Shown here: positions 1 through 13,803 of the stretch, piece after piece
Position numbering within the stretch: the first letter of the stretch is position 1
How the letters are laid out: the number at the start of each line of letters is the position of its first letter
Position numbers and translations under genes: made by a program
Assembly (NCBI RefSeq): GCF_006345805.1
Contig: NC_042998.1
Span: 85,312,001-85,376,000, forward strand
DNA from: Octopus sinensis
Taxonomy: Eukaryota
Reading direction: 5' to 3'
DNA length: 64,000 bases
Notes under the pieces: generated by a model
What the model was told of the DNA's origin: nothing
The model's database searches: none
What the model saw: only the letters and a program-made list of their open reading frames with translations

Positions 1-1
1 G

Positions 2-32
<31 letters not shown>

Positions 33-40
33 TGTGTGGT

Positions 41-77
<37 letters not shown>

Positions 78-86
78 TGTGGTGTG

Positions 87-117
<31 letters not shown>

Positions 118-122
118 TGTGT

Positions 123-198
<76 letters not shown>

Positions 199-255
199 TT
201 GTGTGTGTGTGTGTGGTGTGTGGTGTGTGTGTGTGTGGTGTGTGTGTGTGTGTGT

Positions 256-326
<71 letters not shown>

Positions 327-330
327 TGTA
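1..330. repeat. (GT)n microsatellite, imperfect
   Basis: Direct reading; source of the spurious CV-repeat ORFs. Confidence 0.99.
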
Positions 331-376
331 TGCTGGCAACATGCATGTGTATTTCAGAGAGACTTGTTTGCTATTG

Positions 377-538
377 AGAGAGAGAGAGAGATACAAAGCA
401 CACAGATAAAGAGAAAAGGTGTGTACATAAGTAGAGAGACAGAGAGGGTGGGAGTGCACAAGTGGAGAGTGGAAGTGCATATGTAAGAGTAGAGAGAAAA
501 GAAAGAGAGAGAGGGTGAATGGTGAGGGAGGAGTGAGT

Positions 539-576
<38 letters not shown>

Positions 577-760
577 TGAGAGAGTAATAAAAGATTAGAA
601 AAAAAGAAAGTGAGAAAGAACAAGTGTAGAGTGGTAGTGAAAGACTGAAACGAGAGAGAGAGAGAGAGCAAGGAGGAAAGTGAGAGAAAAGAATGAAAGA
701 ACAAATGAAAGAGAGTGAGGGGGGGAGAGAGAGAGAGAGAGAAAGAGAGAAGTTGGCAAG
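377..760. repeat. (GA)n / purine-rich low-complexity tract
   Basis: Interrupted GA runs. Confidence 0.9.
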
Positions 761-976
761 TGCAACAGACTGAGTTGATGAGTGATGATAGACAGTGAAA
801 GAAAGGGAGATATGTACATAATAAAGTGTGTGTAAGTTGTATAAAGTACTGATTATACAGTAAATCAACCTGAATGTGTGAGTGTGACTGACTGAAATGG
901 TGGAAGTTAATGTATTGAAGAAACAAACTTCTCCCCCCCCCCCGACCCACCTCTGTCTCCCCTTCCCTATCTATTT

Positions 977-992
977 CTGTCTGTCTGTCTAT

Positions 993-1039
<47 letters not shown>

Positions 1040-1165
1040 CCAGTCTGTCTTGGAAGAATACTAAGTCAAAGTGACCTTATTTGAAAGTAGGCTGTGTAAT
1101 AATTCTCAAGCAACAGACTTAAAACAGTTATGTCCCAATTGTTGCAGCAACAGTCAACAATAAAT

Positions 1166-1231
<66 letters not shown>

Positions 1232-1250
1232 AAGAGAGAGAGAAAGAGAG
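977..1250. repeat. (TCTG)/(TATC)n and (GA)n microsatellites
   Basis: TATC array at about 995-1040, GA array at about 1168-1250. Confidence 0.95.
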
Positions 1251-1840
1251 AATGAAAGAGTTAGAGAAAGAGATTAGCAAGCACCATTTTCCGCCTGTGC
1301 AAAAGAAATGTTGAAGCTACTATAATAATAAAATCTATAGGAGGATTTTTGTTTCAACAGTTTCTGAACTGGAGTGGTGTAGTGGTAGTGATGGGTGAAA
1401 TAACAGTATTGGTGATGCTGCTGATGGTGGTGGTGACGTAGGTGACAGTGATGGTGGTGGTGGTAGTAGTCATAGCTGTCTTGATGTTGATAAGATAAAG
1501 ATTAAAAGAAATATTGAAAGGAAAATTAATATTTAAAGAAAACAAAAAATGTCACAAGACCAAAAAGAAAGAAAAGCAAAGAAGAGATAAAAGTCTTCTT
1601 ACTCAATACTGGCTAGGAGATAGATTGATATAAAGAATGGAGGTAAAGGAAAATGAGACTGAAATGTTTACCACTCAAGCACAACAGGGATATATGAAGG
1701 GTAAACTATCCTCAATTAGGAAATGATACAAGCTTACAAACTTGGATCACCTGAAAATTGTTATTATTTTACAATGACAAAAATGCATAACTCTTTGCTT
1801 TTTTGTTTCATTTTCATTATTTTTTTTATATTTCTTACAC

Positions 1841-2225
1841 AAGGCGTAGGAGTGGCTGTGTGGTAAGTAGCTTGCTTATCAACCACATGGTTCTGGGTTC
1901 AGTCCCACTGCGTGGCACCTTGGGCAAGTGCCTTCTACTATAGCCTCGGGCCGACCGAAACCTTGTGAGTGGATTTGGTAGACGGAAACTGAAAGAAGCC
2001 CACTGTATATATGTGTGTGTGTGTGTGTATGTATTTGTCTCCCCAACATCGCTTGACAACCGATGCTGGTGTGTTTATGTTCCCGTAACTTAGCGGTTCA
2101 GCAAAAGAGACCGATAGAATAAGTACTAGGCTTACAAAGAACAAGTCCCGGGGTCGATTTGCTCGACTAAAAGGCAGTGCTCCAGCATGGCCACAGTCAA
2201 ATGACTGAAACAAGTAAAAGAGTAA
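1841..2225 (+). mobile_element. tRNA-derived SINE, family A (octopus OR-like), near full length
   Basis: A box TGGCTGTGTGG, B box GGTTCAGTCCC, CORE-like ACCTTGGGCAAGT, central TA/TG microsatellite, 3' tail GGCAGTGCTCCAGCATGGCCACAGTCAAATGACTGAAAC; many copies in the window. Confidence 0.9.
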
Positions 2226-2361
2226 GTGACAGTTTCATCAGTAGGAAAATGAGAGTATGTGACATTCATTCACACCATTTTCTAAATTTATCTGTAAGTG
2301 AAACGAAATAAAGTGAAAAATTACTAACAACAGGGAACAGAAACTATAACGTGAGATAATA

Positions 2362-2566
2362 CTGGTTTCAAATTTTTGTTACAAGGCCAGCAAGTCCTGT
2401 GGGGAGAGTAAGTTGGTTACATTGACCTCAATTGATACTTATTTCATTGACCCCAAAAGGATGACAGCAAAGTTGACCTTGGCAGAATTTGAACCCAGAA
2501 TGTAAAGATGAATGAAATGCTAAGCATCTTGTCCAGCATGCTAATGATTCTGCCAGCTTACCACCT
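2362..2566 (-). mobile_element. tRNA-derived SINE, family B (Meta-like core)
   Basis: Reverse complement of the family at 7199-7395. Confidence 0.75.
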
Positions 2567-2644
2567 TGAATATAACATGTAATAATATTTCATTTTTGGA
2601 TTTGGTTTGCAAGATTCTTTATGTGAGTTCGTGTGTTGAAGCAT

Positions 2645-2812
2645 ATTCTGTTGTGTCTGGGGAGAGTAATTTTCTTTTTGTGCCTTATAATTCAACACAC
2701 TCACCGGTAAAATTTCCACTTATTTCTTATTTTTATTTTCTTAAAATAAGTAGAAATTTTATCGGTGAGTGTGTTAAATAAAGAAAGTGACTCTCTCCAA
2801 ACACAACAGAAT
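2645..2812. repeat. Foldback inverted repeat, about 80-bp arms
   Basis: ATTCTGTTGTG..AACACACTCACCGGTAAAATTTCCACTTATTT pairs with AAATAAGTAGAAATTTTATCGGTGAGTGTGTT..CACAACAGAAT. Confidence 0.85.
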
Positions 2813-4129
2813 GTAATAATATTGCTATTCATCTAAGGCACAAAAACATTTGATTTATAATGACAGGAGAATAAAGTTGTGTGGTGGTGTTGATGCCCTT
2901 TTCAAGAATATAATTTTTTAATATAAACACATTAGAAATTTGGAAGGAGTGGTATAATTGATTATATTGATCAGAGTATTTTATTTTACCAATCCCAGAA
3001 GGATGAAAGTTAACTGTGGCAGAATTTGAACTCAGGAACAGAGCAGGAACAAATACTGAAAAGCAATTTTATCTATTGCTGGAATGATTCTAAGAATTCA
3101 CAACACTTTCTCAAAGAAAGTAATTAGAAGAAATGGATTTCAAAAATGTGCTTTGTTTGTCCTATAGAACTAGGCAGAATATTTACTTCATTTAACTGGT
3201 GGCAAATTCAGCCTCAAAGCCTACCATCACATAACTTTAGAGGTCATCTGAATTTTCAAGGCATTTAGACTGAAAAAACAAGACTCACCTCCACTACCAT
3301 CCCCAAACAAAATGTTATTCCAAATCAGAGTTAATCCCAGTTGTCACTGGTATTCATTTTTAGATGAGCACACCAGAGTTAGCTGAAACAAAGTGCCTTG
3401 CTCAAGGACATAATGGGCCCATTGGTCCAAATATTGAACTCATGATCTAACAGTTGTAACCATATTCAACACCCTAACCATCAGGCTAAGTGCTTTAATA
3501 ACTAGATACAAGGCTACGGATAAATAGTGGGCGAGTACTTGACCTAGGTGACTATAATATTTATTTCATACTTATTATTTTATCAAGACAATAAGTGAAA
3601 TAAAGACAAAAAAAAAAAGAAACACCCACAAAATGTTTAATCCAGCACTTGACTATCTTGGCCATCTCCTGTACTCTTCAAGCTAAATTATAAATAACTT
3701 TCTTACATAGCAACAAGGTTCAAATTTACAAAGAAAAAAAAATAGAATGTTGTGACATTTTTATTATTAATTATTGATTTGAGCAGTTTCACACAGAATT
3801 TCACTGTACCAGCAGGTACACCTTACACAGCAAGTATTTTGGGAGAGGGAAATATGTTCAGTCTTACAAATTTTTACTGTGTGGTGGGATTTTATTTTAT
3901 TGTTATTCTTTTTGTAGTGAAATCTTTTATAGTTTAGAATGTTGGCTCACTTGCCAAAGTAGACATTGGAGCTTGGTGTAGTCCTCTGGCTTCTTGGTGC
4001 CTATCAATCTGTCCAACTCATGCCAGCATGGAAAACGGGCATTAAATGGTGATGATGATGATGAATGTGTCTGTCAAGTTGTGTGCCACAGAATCAAAAG
4101 AAACTATTATACAAATTGAATTGGGCCTC

Positions 4130-4553
4130 TTTTACTCTTTTACTTGTTCCAGTCATTTGACTGTGGCCATGCTGGAGTACCACCTTCAGTCAAGCAAATC
4201 AGCCCCAGGACTTATTCTTTGTAAGCCTAGTACTTATTCTATCAGTCTCTTTTGCCAAACCGCTAAGTTACGGGGACATAAACACACCAGCATCGGTTGC
4301 CAAACGATGTTGGGGTACAAACACAGACACAAACATACACACACACACACATATGTGTGTGTGTGTGTCTATACATACATACATACATACGACGGGCTTC
4401 TGCCAGTTTCTGTCTACCAAGTCCACTAATAAGGCTTTGGTCGACCTGAGGCTATAGTAGAAGACACTTGCCCAAGGTGCCACGCAGTGGGACTGAACCT
4501 GGAACCATGTGGTTCGTAAGCAAGCTACTTACCACACAGTCACTCCTATGCCT
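4130..4553 (-). mobile_element. tRNA-derived SINE, family A, near full length
   Basis: Reverse complement of 1841-2225. Confidence 0.9.
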
Positions 4554-6714
4554 ATATATAACTAGACCTAGTTATATTTTTTTTAAATTTGTTTATAAAA
4601 TTGTGAGGTAGACTTTGCCTTTCAGGGTCAATAAAATAAGTACCAGTTGAGCACTGAGGTCAATGTAATCAACTTACCCCACCCTAGCTTTATGCCAACA
4701 TTTGAAACTAATATTAACTGATAGAAGCCTTACAAAGTTGTGAACCCAAGTATGAATTTTATGATATCATCTAACACCCCTCCCCTCAAAATTGCTAGCC
4801 TTGTGCCAAAATTAGACTGAATTGCTGCCACCACCACCACCATCATTATAATAAGCACTGTCAAGTTTGTAGATTAACAGAAAATAGAGTGTGCCAGATT
4901 AAATGACTTTTGGTATTTAGTTTCATCCCTCTACAGCCTAAATTCAGATCCTATTAGGGTTAACAGAAAAATGAATGCAAAACCAGTCAATTTGTGGGTG
5001 GAATTTAGTCAACTGCACCCTTTCCCCTTTATAATTTAGTGGCATTGGGCAACTGTAAGAAATAACTATTGTTATAGTGCAGTCATATCACCAAATACTG
5101 GGTTAATAGATTTATTTGTAACATAGATACACACAATAGGCAATATCACCTATTAATTCTCACTAGGTTTCATTTAACTGCAGTTAGGCTGTGCAACATA
5201 ATATTCTGGTATTAATTAATAAAAAATCTGTTAAGAGGTTGCAAGTGAGGTGTCAAATTTATAACCTAACTCCTCTTCCACAACCACCACCTCAATTTTC
5301 CCTCCTCTATAATACATCTAAGAACTAACTAGATGATTCCAAATACTAGTCATCTGTTTGTTTTATTAATGTATTTTATGTGCTTAACAGCCACTGATAA
5401 CCAAATAGTTCAGAGTATGCATAAGGATACATACATATATGTAGACACACATCAATGTAAGCTGATGTTTGTTAGAGAGGATTGCAGAAGATATACACCA
5501 GTTAAGAATGCACCTGAAGTATGTCTCTAGTTTTTTTTTTTTAGTTATAAATGTTACTACCAACACTCCATCACCACCTCCAACAACAACTATAACAACT
5601 ACTTGCATGCTTCAAGAGTTTTGGGGCTCAAATCCACCACAAGCTTTTTACTATGTATTCAGGTTATATTGAATGACCGGAAACCTTTCTGCCCATATCC
5701 TCAAGGGCTGGGTGGAAGGAAAACAGGATTGAAGGTGAGAAAGAATAGAGTGGTGACGTCAAAGACTGATGGAGAGTATGGCTACACCATGAGATTAAGA
5801 ATGTGCTGAGGAGTGGTGGCTGTATCGAGCCCCCACCCCCAACTCTTAGCTATGAAGAAGAAAATATTCATTCATCCGTTTTACCTTAGCTAATAGGAAT
5901 GGGCTATAATTATCTGGGAATGTTACTTCAGCAAAACTGACATCCTATTCAAACTTGTCTTATTTACTTAATGCTATGATAAAATAAAAAATGAAGATGA
6001 ACATTGTACTCAGCTTTCCCACCCCATCATCATGTCACCACAACCATTACCTGGTTAAGACAACATATTACATTAATATTAAGAATGGTTTTTAAAAGGG
6101 TTATTACACAAGACAGAAGAGAAAAGACAATATTTAATATTTATTGTTAATTGGATTATTCTAAGAGCAAGAGTGAGAGAATTGGTACCTTTATAGTATT
6201 TAGTTTCATACCTGTACATTCTGATTTTAAAATCTCAGAGAGATAATTTTACATTTCAGCTCAGAGTCCAGAAAATTAACCCCGAATATTTAGTGGGGTT
6301 ACTTTTATTAAATGGCTTTTTTTTTAGAGAATGTAATGTAGCACCTGTGATCCTTATTTAAGGCTTCTGAGACTGGTGAGAGGAAGAGAAGTTACCTTTA
6401 ACCTGGTGACCTGACCTGAATGCATGCATCAGAGTGAACGCTGCTAAAAGTAACTAAGGACCAGGTGGTGGCAGTTAAACCAGGTGAGAGATTAGGTCTT
6501 TCACTCAAGAATAGGTATAGCCATCTGACAGGTTTCCAGTTTTTGCCTTCCAACTTTCACTCACAAGACTGATTACCAAAGTTGTCACTTGATAAGATCG
6601 ATCCTGAAACCACAGAAGTGAAAAGCTATCTTCTTAGCTACTCAGCTCAGTCTGCACACTGAACCCTCCCTGACAACTTTGTGACCTTGCACTTCTAAGA
6701 AATGTTTAATTGGA

Positions 6715-7161
6715 TTTGGCAGAATTGTTAGTGTCAGCCTGAAGGTATTTGTCTGACTTTATATGTTCTGAATTCAAACCCACCCAAGTTAACTGAAATC
6801 TTTCATCTCTCCAGGCTTGATAAAATAAAAAATTAATCAAGTACCAGGATTGATTTAACAACCCTTCTCTACTAAATTTTTGACTTTGTATCTATGCTAG
6901 AACTAATTAGTCAGGGTGTAGATTGGTGGTAGAATCATCAGTGTCAGACGAAATGTCTTGCAGTATTTATTCAAGCTCTTTATGTTTTAAATTCAAATCT
7001 CATTGAAGTCAACTTCACTGTTTGTCCTTTTGGGTCAACAAAATGAAACACTAGTCAAGTACTGGGAGTGAGAGGTCAATGGCTTCATCTTCTTTCCCTC
7101 AGTTCAAAATTGCTTCCCTTGTGCCCAGATCAGAAACATGCACTTATAGCCTAAAAAAAAA

Positions 7162-7196
<35 letters not shown>

Positions 7197-8330
7197 TTAA
7201 GGCGGTGAGCTGGCAGAACCATTAGCATGCCAGGTGAAATTCTTAGTGGTATTTCACCTGTCTTTACGTTCTGGGTTCAAATTTGCCTTTCACCCTTTTG
7301 GAGTTGATAAAATAAGTACCAGTTGCATACTGGGGTTAATCTAATCAACTGAATCCCCCCTCCACCAAATTGTGGCTATAGTAGAAAGGATTATTATTAT
7401 TTTTAATAAAATTCAATTTCCATTATTGTAAAATATTTTGTTGCTATCTTCTGAGTAAAATATTTCATTGCTATCTTCTAACTGGAAATGATTAATTTAA
7501 ATTGAAGGTTTCAATAAAATTTTTGTAATTCAAAACTTATTTGCTGGGCATTATGCCATTAATACCAGAATGCATGTTGGGCAAAATGCTTAGTGGCATT
7601 TCGTCCATCTACGTTCAAATTCCTCTGAGGTCAACTTTGCCTTTTATCCTTTCAATGTTGATAAAATAAATACCGGTTGATCACTTGAGATTAATGTAAT
7701 TGACTTGTACTAAAATTAGAAGTCATGCTGAGCAACATTTATTTTGGCTTTACATTCTGAGTTCAAATTCCACTGAGGTCAACTTTGTCTTTCGTTTTTT
7801 CAGGGTCAATAGAATGAAGTACCAGTCAAGTACTGGGGTCGATGTAATTGACTAACTTCAGTCCCTAAATTTCAGACCTTTTGCTTATACTAGAAATAAC
7901 TATTATTGAACAAAATGTTCAGCAGCATCTCTTCCAGCTATTTAAATTCTTAGGTCAACTTTGTCTTTCATCAATTCAGGGTCAATAAAATGAAGTATCA
8001 GTCAAGTACAGGGGTCAATGTAATTGACTAAACCTCTTCCCCTTAAAATTACTTGCCTTACACTAAAATTTGTAACAATTATCATCATCATCTTTATTAT
8101 CAAGGAAAGCTGGCAGAATTGTTACCATGCCAGACAAACTGCTTTGTGGCATTTCATCCGTCTCTACATTCTGAGTTCAAATTCTGCTGATTTAACTTTG
8201 CCTTTCATCCTTTTGAGGGTTGATGAAATAAGTACCTGTTGAGCTGAAGGGGAGGGGGAAGTCAATGCAATGGACAAGTCCCCACCCCACTAAATAATTT
8301 CAGGCCTTGTGCCTGTAATAGAAACCACCA
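6715..8330 (+). mobile_element. Head-to-tail cluster of about 7 family B SINE copies and fragments (best copy 7199-7395)
   Basis: Recurrent TGGCAGAA..TTCTGAGTTCAAATTC..TTTGCCTTTCATCCTTT..GATAAAATAAGTACC, resembling the MetaSINE core. Confidence 0.8.
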
Positions 8331-8341
8331 CCATCATCATC

Positions 8342-8823
8342 ATTGAGTGAGGGAGCAGTGCATGCCATCAAAGTAACACTGGTGTACAAATATATGAAGC
8401 CCAGTATACTCATCATAACTACCTGTGTGTGACATGGTGATCTTATATGAAAATAAACAGTGCATGACCTTGCAGGTGGGACCCAGTTAGAATTTTCATC
8501 AGGTTGAATAGTCCACCCCGCTCAATAGGTCCCTGAATAAGGGTTGTTTATGGATGATGAACAACACACCAATGTTTCCAGAGATGAATTATCCAAATCC
8601 CAAAGAATCTCGCTCAAGACATGGCATGATGCTCCCCAATTATTTCTGCCCATGATCAAAGATGCACATATCGTCAGCCACTAAGGATCAAGCAACTGAC
8701 AAGCAAATACATAGTAGTGGGCAGAATATTTGCTGTAGCGCATCTTTTATACCAAGATAAAACAACGTACATGATAACACTTCCAATCAGTTAAGATCAG
8801 AAGCCATGAGAGCCACTGCCTGG
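8342..8823 (-). mobile_element. 3' fragment of a non-LTR retroelement with a (TAA/TGA)n tail
   Basis: Reverse complement of 21500-21710, which ends in a TAA-repeat tail. Confidence 0.6.
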
Positions 8824-8845
8824 TTTATTATTATTGTTATCATTA

Positions 8846-9212
8846 TTATTACCTCTGCCTTTGCTAAGGCAAAGGTAATAATAATGTTTTTCAATCGTGT
8901 TTTCTTGTTTGTCTGTGGAGAAGATATCTCAAGAACCGCTGGATGGATTCAGATGAAACTTTCAGGGATGTTTGGCCTCATGACCCGCATGAACTGATAG
9001 ACTTTGGGATCAATTCGGTACCAGACAAGGATTCTGGATTATTTTTCTGTTATTTTACTTCACTTTTGAGAGTGGTTGGGTTCATTTTTAGTATTCTCAT
9101 TTGTGAGAGGAGTCAAGTTTATTTCAGATATTCTCATTTTAAAAATCATTTCTGGCTAATAGTTGAAAGGAAGTTGGTGTTGCCTTGGCAGAGCTTTGCA
9201 CTCTCTGAGAGC
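8846..9212 (+). mobile_element. Helentron-associated (HINE/DINE-like) non-autonomous element
   Basis: Subterminal inverted repeats ACCTCTGCC / GGCAGAG, GTTT/GTCT motif near the 5' end, 3' hairpin GCACTCTCTGAGAGC, located in a TTA microsatellite. Confidence 0.65.
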
Positions 9213-9840
9213 TATTATTATCATTATTATTATTATTATTTGGGCAGTGGAGTGTCTCTAATGTAGGAGAACCAGTGTAAGTGTGCCTTGCAGTATTCTC
9301 TTTTATTCTTCTTAATGTCCGAGTTCAATAACCTGCCATGGTTGATATTGCCTCTCATCTCCACATAGTTTCTCAACCCAACCTTTTACACTGCACTTGT
9401 GCTAATCTCAGTATTCTTTATTTGCAACACAAAACAATAATATTTATTATTTTTAAATATAAAAAGAATTATACTTGCAAAATAAAAAGTAAAAACAGAG
9501 AAATTAATTAAATAAAATAAATTATACAGTATGTTCTATTGGTGAGCCAAGAGGAGAAGGAAATTAATGTTTTAGACAGAACATTATTTGAAATGTTACT
9601 TTTTTTTTCTTCTCCCTTAGGGCATACTGACACACACAATTTTATGAGCATTTTTTTTTTCATTCTCTACTGAATTAATTCTTGTCAAATGTAGACATAC
9701 ACAAAAGTCTCCTGGAATTTGAATGATTATGTTATTTTAACTGTGGCTGTTGATGTTGATGTTGTTGTAAGTGATGCGGTTGTTATTTCATCAGATTGGA
9801 ATATAAAAATATTTGATAAAAAGTCTAACTTGAAGCATGA

Positions 9841-9887
9841 TCATGACAAAAAGAAAATGTATTTAGCTTGGAGTTCTTCAGAGAAAA
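9841..9887 (-). CDS. Candidate terminal exon start; phase-1 reading (V)FSEELQAKYIFFLS*, or purely 3'UTR
   Basis: Strong acceptor ttttcattttctcatctccag; followed by repeat-free AT-rich sequence. Confidence 0.3.
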
Positions 9888-10046
9888 CTGGAGATGAGAA
9901 AATGAAAAGAACAAGAAAAAGAGAAAATGAAAAGAAAATTTGTTCGATCATGCAGTTAAAACATAAAAAAAAACATGCCTTATATAATTCTAAAGAAATA
10001 AAATATAAAAAACAAAAAAGTATATGCATGAATGTGTGTGTGTATG

Positions 10047-10113
<67 letters not shown>

Positions 10114-10384
10114 AGTATCATAAAGAGTTAGATATAAGACAACAGTCAGTAGCCTGTTTATGTAATATAAGGAGAATGAATGATTAAATAAGCTGTGGAT
10201 GGTTTATCTGTCTAGGTTGAAGGTTTGTCTTTTAGTAATGCTATAACATTGTCTTGGGGCAAATTTCACTCTCAGATGCTTATCTGTAAATAAGTAACAT
10301 GAGGTAGTATGGTTTAGTTGTTGCTGGAAACAAATCATTCCATGGGTAACTAAAGAAAAACAGGAGTACCAACAGTGGCTTTAA

Positions 10385-10570
10385 CTTTTACTTGTTTCAG
10401 TCATTGGATGGTAGATTCGAAGGGTTTAGTCAAACAAATCGACCCCAGTACTTAGTTTTATTGTTTTTAAATCTGGCACTTATTCTAAAGACCTCTTTTG
10501 CTGGACTGCTAAGATACAGGCACTGTAAACAAACCAACACCAATTGTCAGGTGGTAATGATGGTGGAGAA

Positions 10571-10618
<48 letters not shown>

Positions 10619-10830
10619 TACATACATACATACATACATACATACATACATACATACATGCATGCATGACAAGCTTCTACACAGTTTCTAGCAACCAAAT
10701 CCACTCAAAAGGCATAGGTTGGCCCAAGGATATAGCAGAAGACACCTACCCAAGATGCTGCACTGTGTGTCTGAACCTGAAACTATGTGGTTGGAAAGCA
10801 AGCTTTTTAATCATTCAGCCACACCTGTGC
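10385..10830 (-). mobile_element. Degenerate family A SINE with expanded (CA)n(CATA)n centre
   Basis: Similarity to 4130-4553. Confidence 0.8.
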
Positions 10831-10999
10831 CTTTTATGAAAAATTTGCCAAACAAAAAAAAAAACATCACCCCTATGATTACTTTCAGTAGTAAGTCCCA
10901 AAGCACATTAGATTAGAAAGGAACCAGTAAGCCCTCTTCTTTACTATTATATCTACAAGAGAAAATAAATATAATGCTGAGGGTTAACTGAGCACTTAC

Positions 11000-11086
11000 C
11001 TGATTTACAATGCTATACTGACTTTGCAATATCTATTACGACAAGGTGGACTAGACCAAACACTTAAGAATTAAGTACTGCTTTGG
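11000..11086 (-). CDS. Candidate 87-nt stop-containing exon; phase-1 reading (A)KAVLNS*
   Basis: Acceptor ccttttcgttgtgtctgtag and consensus donor CAG|gtaagt; stops in all three frames. Confidence 0.45.
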
Positions 11087-13617
11087 CTACAGACACAACG
11101 AAAAGGTAACAGGGCCTAAACTTCTGACCACTGAGCTTCTTACCCAATACCTTGTCAACTGATCCCTTTGTTTCTTTAGGAATTATAAATATATAGAAAC
11201 TCAACCTAACATGCTACTTGCTTTAAAACCACCTCCTGGCCCTTCCATGGTAGCTTTTAGCCTACTTTACTTTGTTACAAAACATTCACATCAGATCTTT
11301 AGTTTTCTCCATTCCTTTATAATCTATTAGTTTTCTTCGTGCCTTTATAATCTAATGGGACTTTAGACCTCCTCCTCCTGCTGCTGCTACTGCCGCTGCC
11401 ACCACCACCATCACTACTACTCATTGAGGTGTTGTGCTTCTGTGGCATATTTTTCATAGTGTTGTCCTGTACATGTTCAGGTTGGACATCAGCTATATCA
11501 AACACAATTATCTAGGAGGGCCTGAAAACAAGTTCTGCCTCTCCTTTTCTGACTAATGTATAACTTTCCATCCAAACAACAATTTAGGATTGAATAGTTG
11601 GCACTAAACTGCAATTATCTTCCCAGTTCTTCAATTTTACTATGATTTGGGAGAATGAGTTAGTTATTTCTCTTCTAACATTTATGATACAATCCCATAC
11701 TTATTTCTTCATCAAATAAATAAACTGCTATAGTTATTAGATATGAAATTTTTTAGTGAAGGTGCAGTATGAAACTAATAAAAGATTATTAAGAACTGAT
11801 GAAGAAATTCTTTTACTTTTTTTTTTACCACATTAGCATTTAGCTGGAAGTTTTTCCTTTTCAAACATGAATTTGGAAATTTAAACATTAGTGAAATTTT
11901 TTTTTTTTTTTTAAAGCTAGATACCATTTTACCACTGCTAAATTATGTAGTAAGACAGGCAACATGTGAGCAAGGCAAAGTTGAAGAAAGCAGAGTTATA
12001 AAGTTATGTGCTCTGCTTGGGGATAGTATAGGGGAGTGAATCTCAAGAGAAGAGCTAGGCATAATTGTAAGGTTTGAACTGGTGACCATGTAGTTAGTAA
12101 TCTAGCACCTTAACCTTTACACACCGTTCTGCCCTGAGGATCAGTACAGGAAAATATTTCGCTGCCAACTTTGAGAAAAGTCTGCTAATTGGGTGAATAC
12201 TGTCTGATAATGCATGAAGTTACATGAAATTTACTGACGTCAATAAGTCAGAAGTCACTAGTGTAAGATTAGCATGATGATGATGATGATTATGAACTGA
12301 TTTACATTATCATCATCATCATTACCATCATTATTATCATAAAAAATATATATACTTGTGTCTACAATGGTTCTTCACATGCTGCTGAGAATGTACAGAT
12401 TCCAAACAATGAGATAACATAGCAGAGTAAAGAGGAACAAAATAATATCAAACAAGAGCTAAATAGCAAAAAAAAAAAAAATGGATAGATACAAAGGAGA
12501 AAGGAAGAATTGTTAAACAAAAAAAGAAAAAGGAAGAAAGAAAGAAGGAAAATGGTTGAGGAAAGAACTTTTATATTAGAATTCTGATTTTGATGTTGTA
12601 TTATTGTATCATATAGCGAAACATTTCTCAATACAAAAATGAAAATCTGCATGACCCTTTCATTGATAGTGGTGGTGGTGGGGAGACCAAAAAAGAATGA
12701 AAGAGGAGGGAGGGTCTGAATATTGGTGTTGGTTACACAACCAGAATTGTATATACACAGTTTAAATATATTTTCTACACAGTTATAAATATAATTTGTG
12801 ACTTGAAGAAAAAAATGTAGGAAGTATCTGGTCGAAAAGCACAACATACAATCACATTGTTATCTCTAAAATTTAGGAATCAATACACTTTTATATTTCT
12901 TAAAGTGCCATGTCACGTGTATGATTAATTGTATGTCGTTTAATTCATAAAATATAAAAAAAAAAGCAGTGTCATTAGAATACATTTTGTTGTACTCATA
13001 GCGAGGGCAACTCCTGGTACTAAGCTTGAGCATGTAATTATAAATAAACAAATTTTCTAATTGGAGTAATGTACATACAGCTTGCATGTCATATACTCTT
13101 TCTGGCTGTGTCTCATATCATTAGAGTACCAGACAAAATGCCTTCCAGTATTTTTTCTGAATATTTACATTCCGGGTTCAAATCTCAAGGTCATGTTTGT
13201 TTTTTTACCTTTTTAGAATCAATAAAATGTAAGTCTCATAACATTAGAGTATCAAATAAAATGCCTTGCAGTATTTCTTCTGAGTCTTAATGTTCTAGGT
13301 TCAAATTCTGCTAAAGTCAACTTTGTCTTTCATCCTTTCAGGATCAATAAAACAAAAGATTTATATTAAAATCTAATTTGTTATTTCCATCCATTCATTT
13401 ATCTTTAGGTATACATTGCAGACCTTAGATTCATTCTGAAAATGCCACTGATTCAGAACCATAACCCCTACAAGTTCAAATCCTGCCTAATTTAACTTTT
13501 ATTTTCATATTGATAAAATAAAAGTCCGAGCTTTGCACTAAAGTAGAATTCCCTGATTATATCTCACCTTTAAAAATAGCCTTGACAAGTTAGAAGTTAT
13601 TATTATTATTAATCATT

Positions 13618-13803
13618 AGGGCTGGTGCCATGTAAAAAGCACCCAGTACACTTTCTAAAGTGGTTGGCAGAAGGAAGAGCATCCTACCATAGAAACCATG
13701 CCAAAACAGACAAATGGAATCTGGAGTAGCTTTCCAGCTTGCCACCTCTTGTCAAACTATCCAACCTATACCAGCATGGTGAATGGACATGAAATGATGA
13801 TGA
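13618..13803 (+). mobile_element. RTE-type 3' tail / SINE family C relic
   Basis: AAAAGCACCCAGTACAC..GGACATGAAATGATGATG. Confidence 0.7.

Noticed and set aside
1-950. ORFs of 124-198 aa (CV and SL repeats)
   Set aside because: Translations of GT and GA microsatellites
1354-1545. Thr-rich minus-strand ORF with a possible acceptor near 1475
   Set aside because: Mostly an ACC/ATC trinucleotide tract; no independent support, though a terminal exon cannot be excluded
1841-1915. tRNA gene
   Set aside because: A and B boxes belong to a SINE head that continues into core and tail
11317-11505. Gly/Ser/Arg-rich ORF
   Set aside because: Built from trinucleotide runs; nearby acceptors do not enter this frame in phase 1
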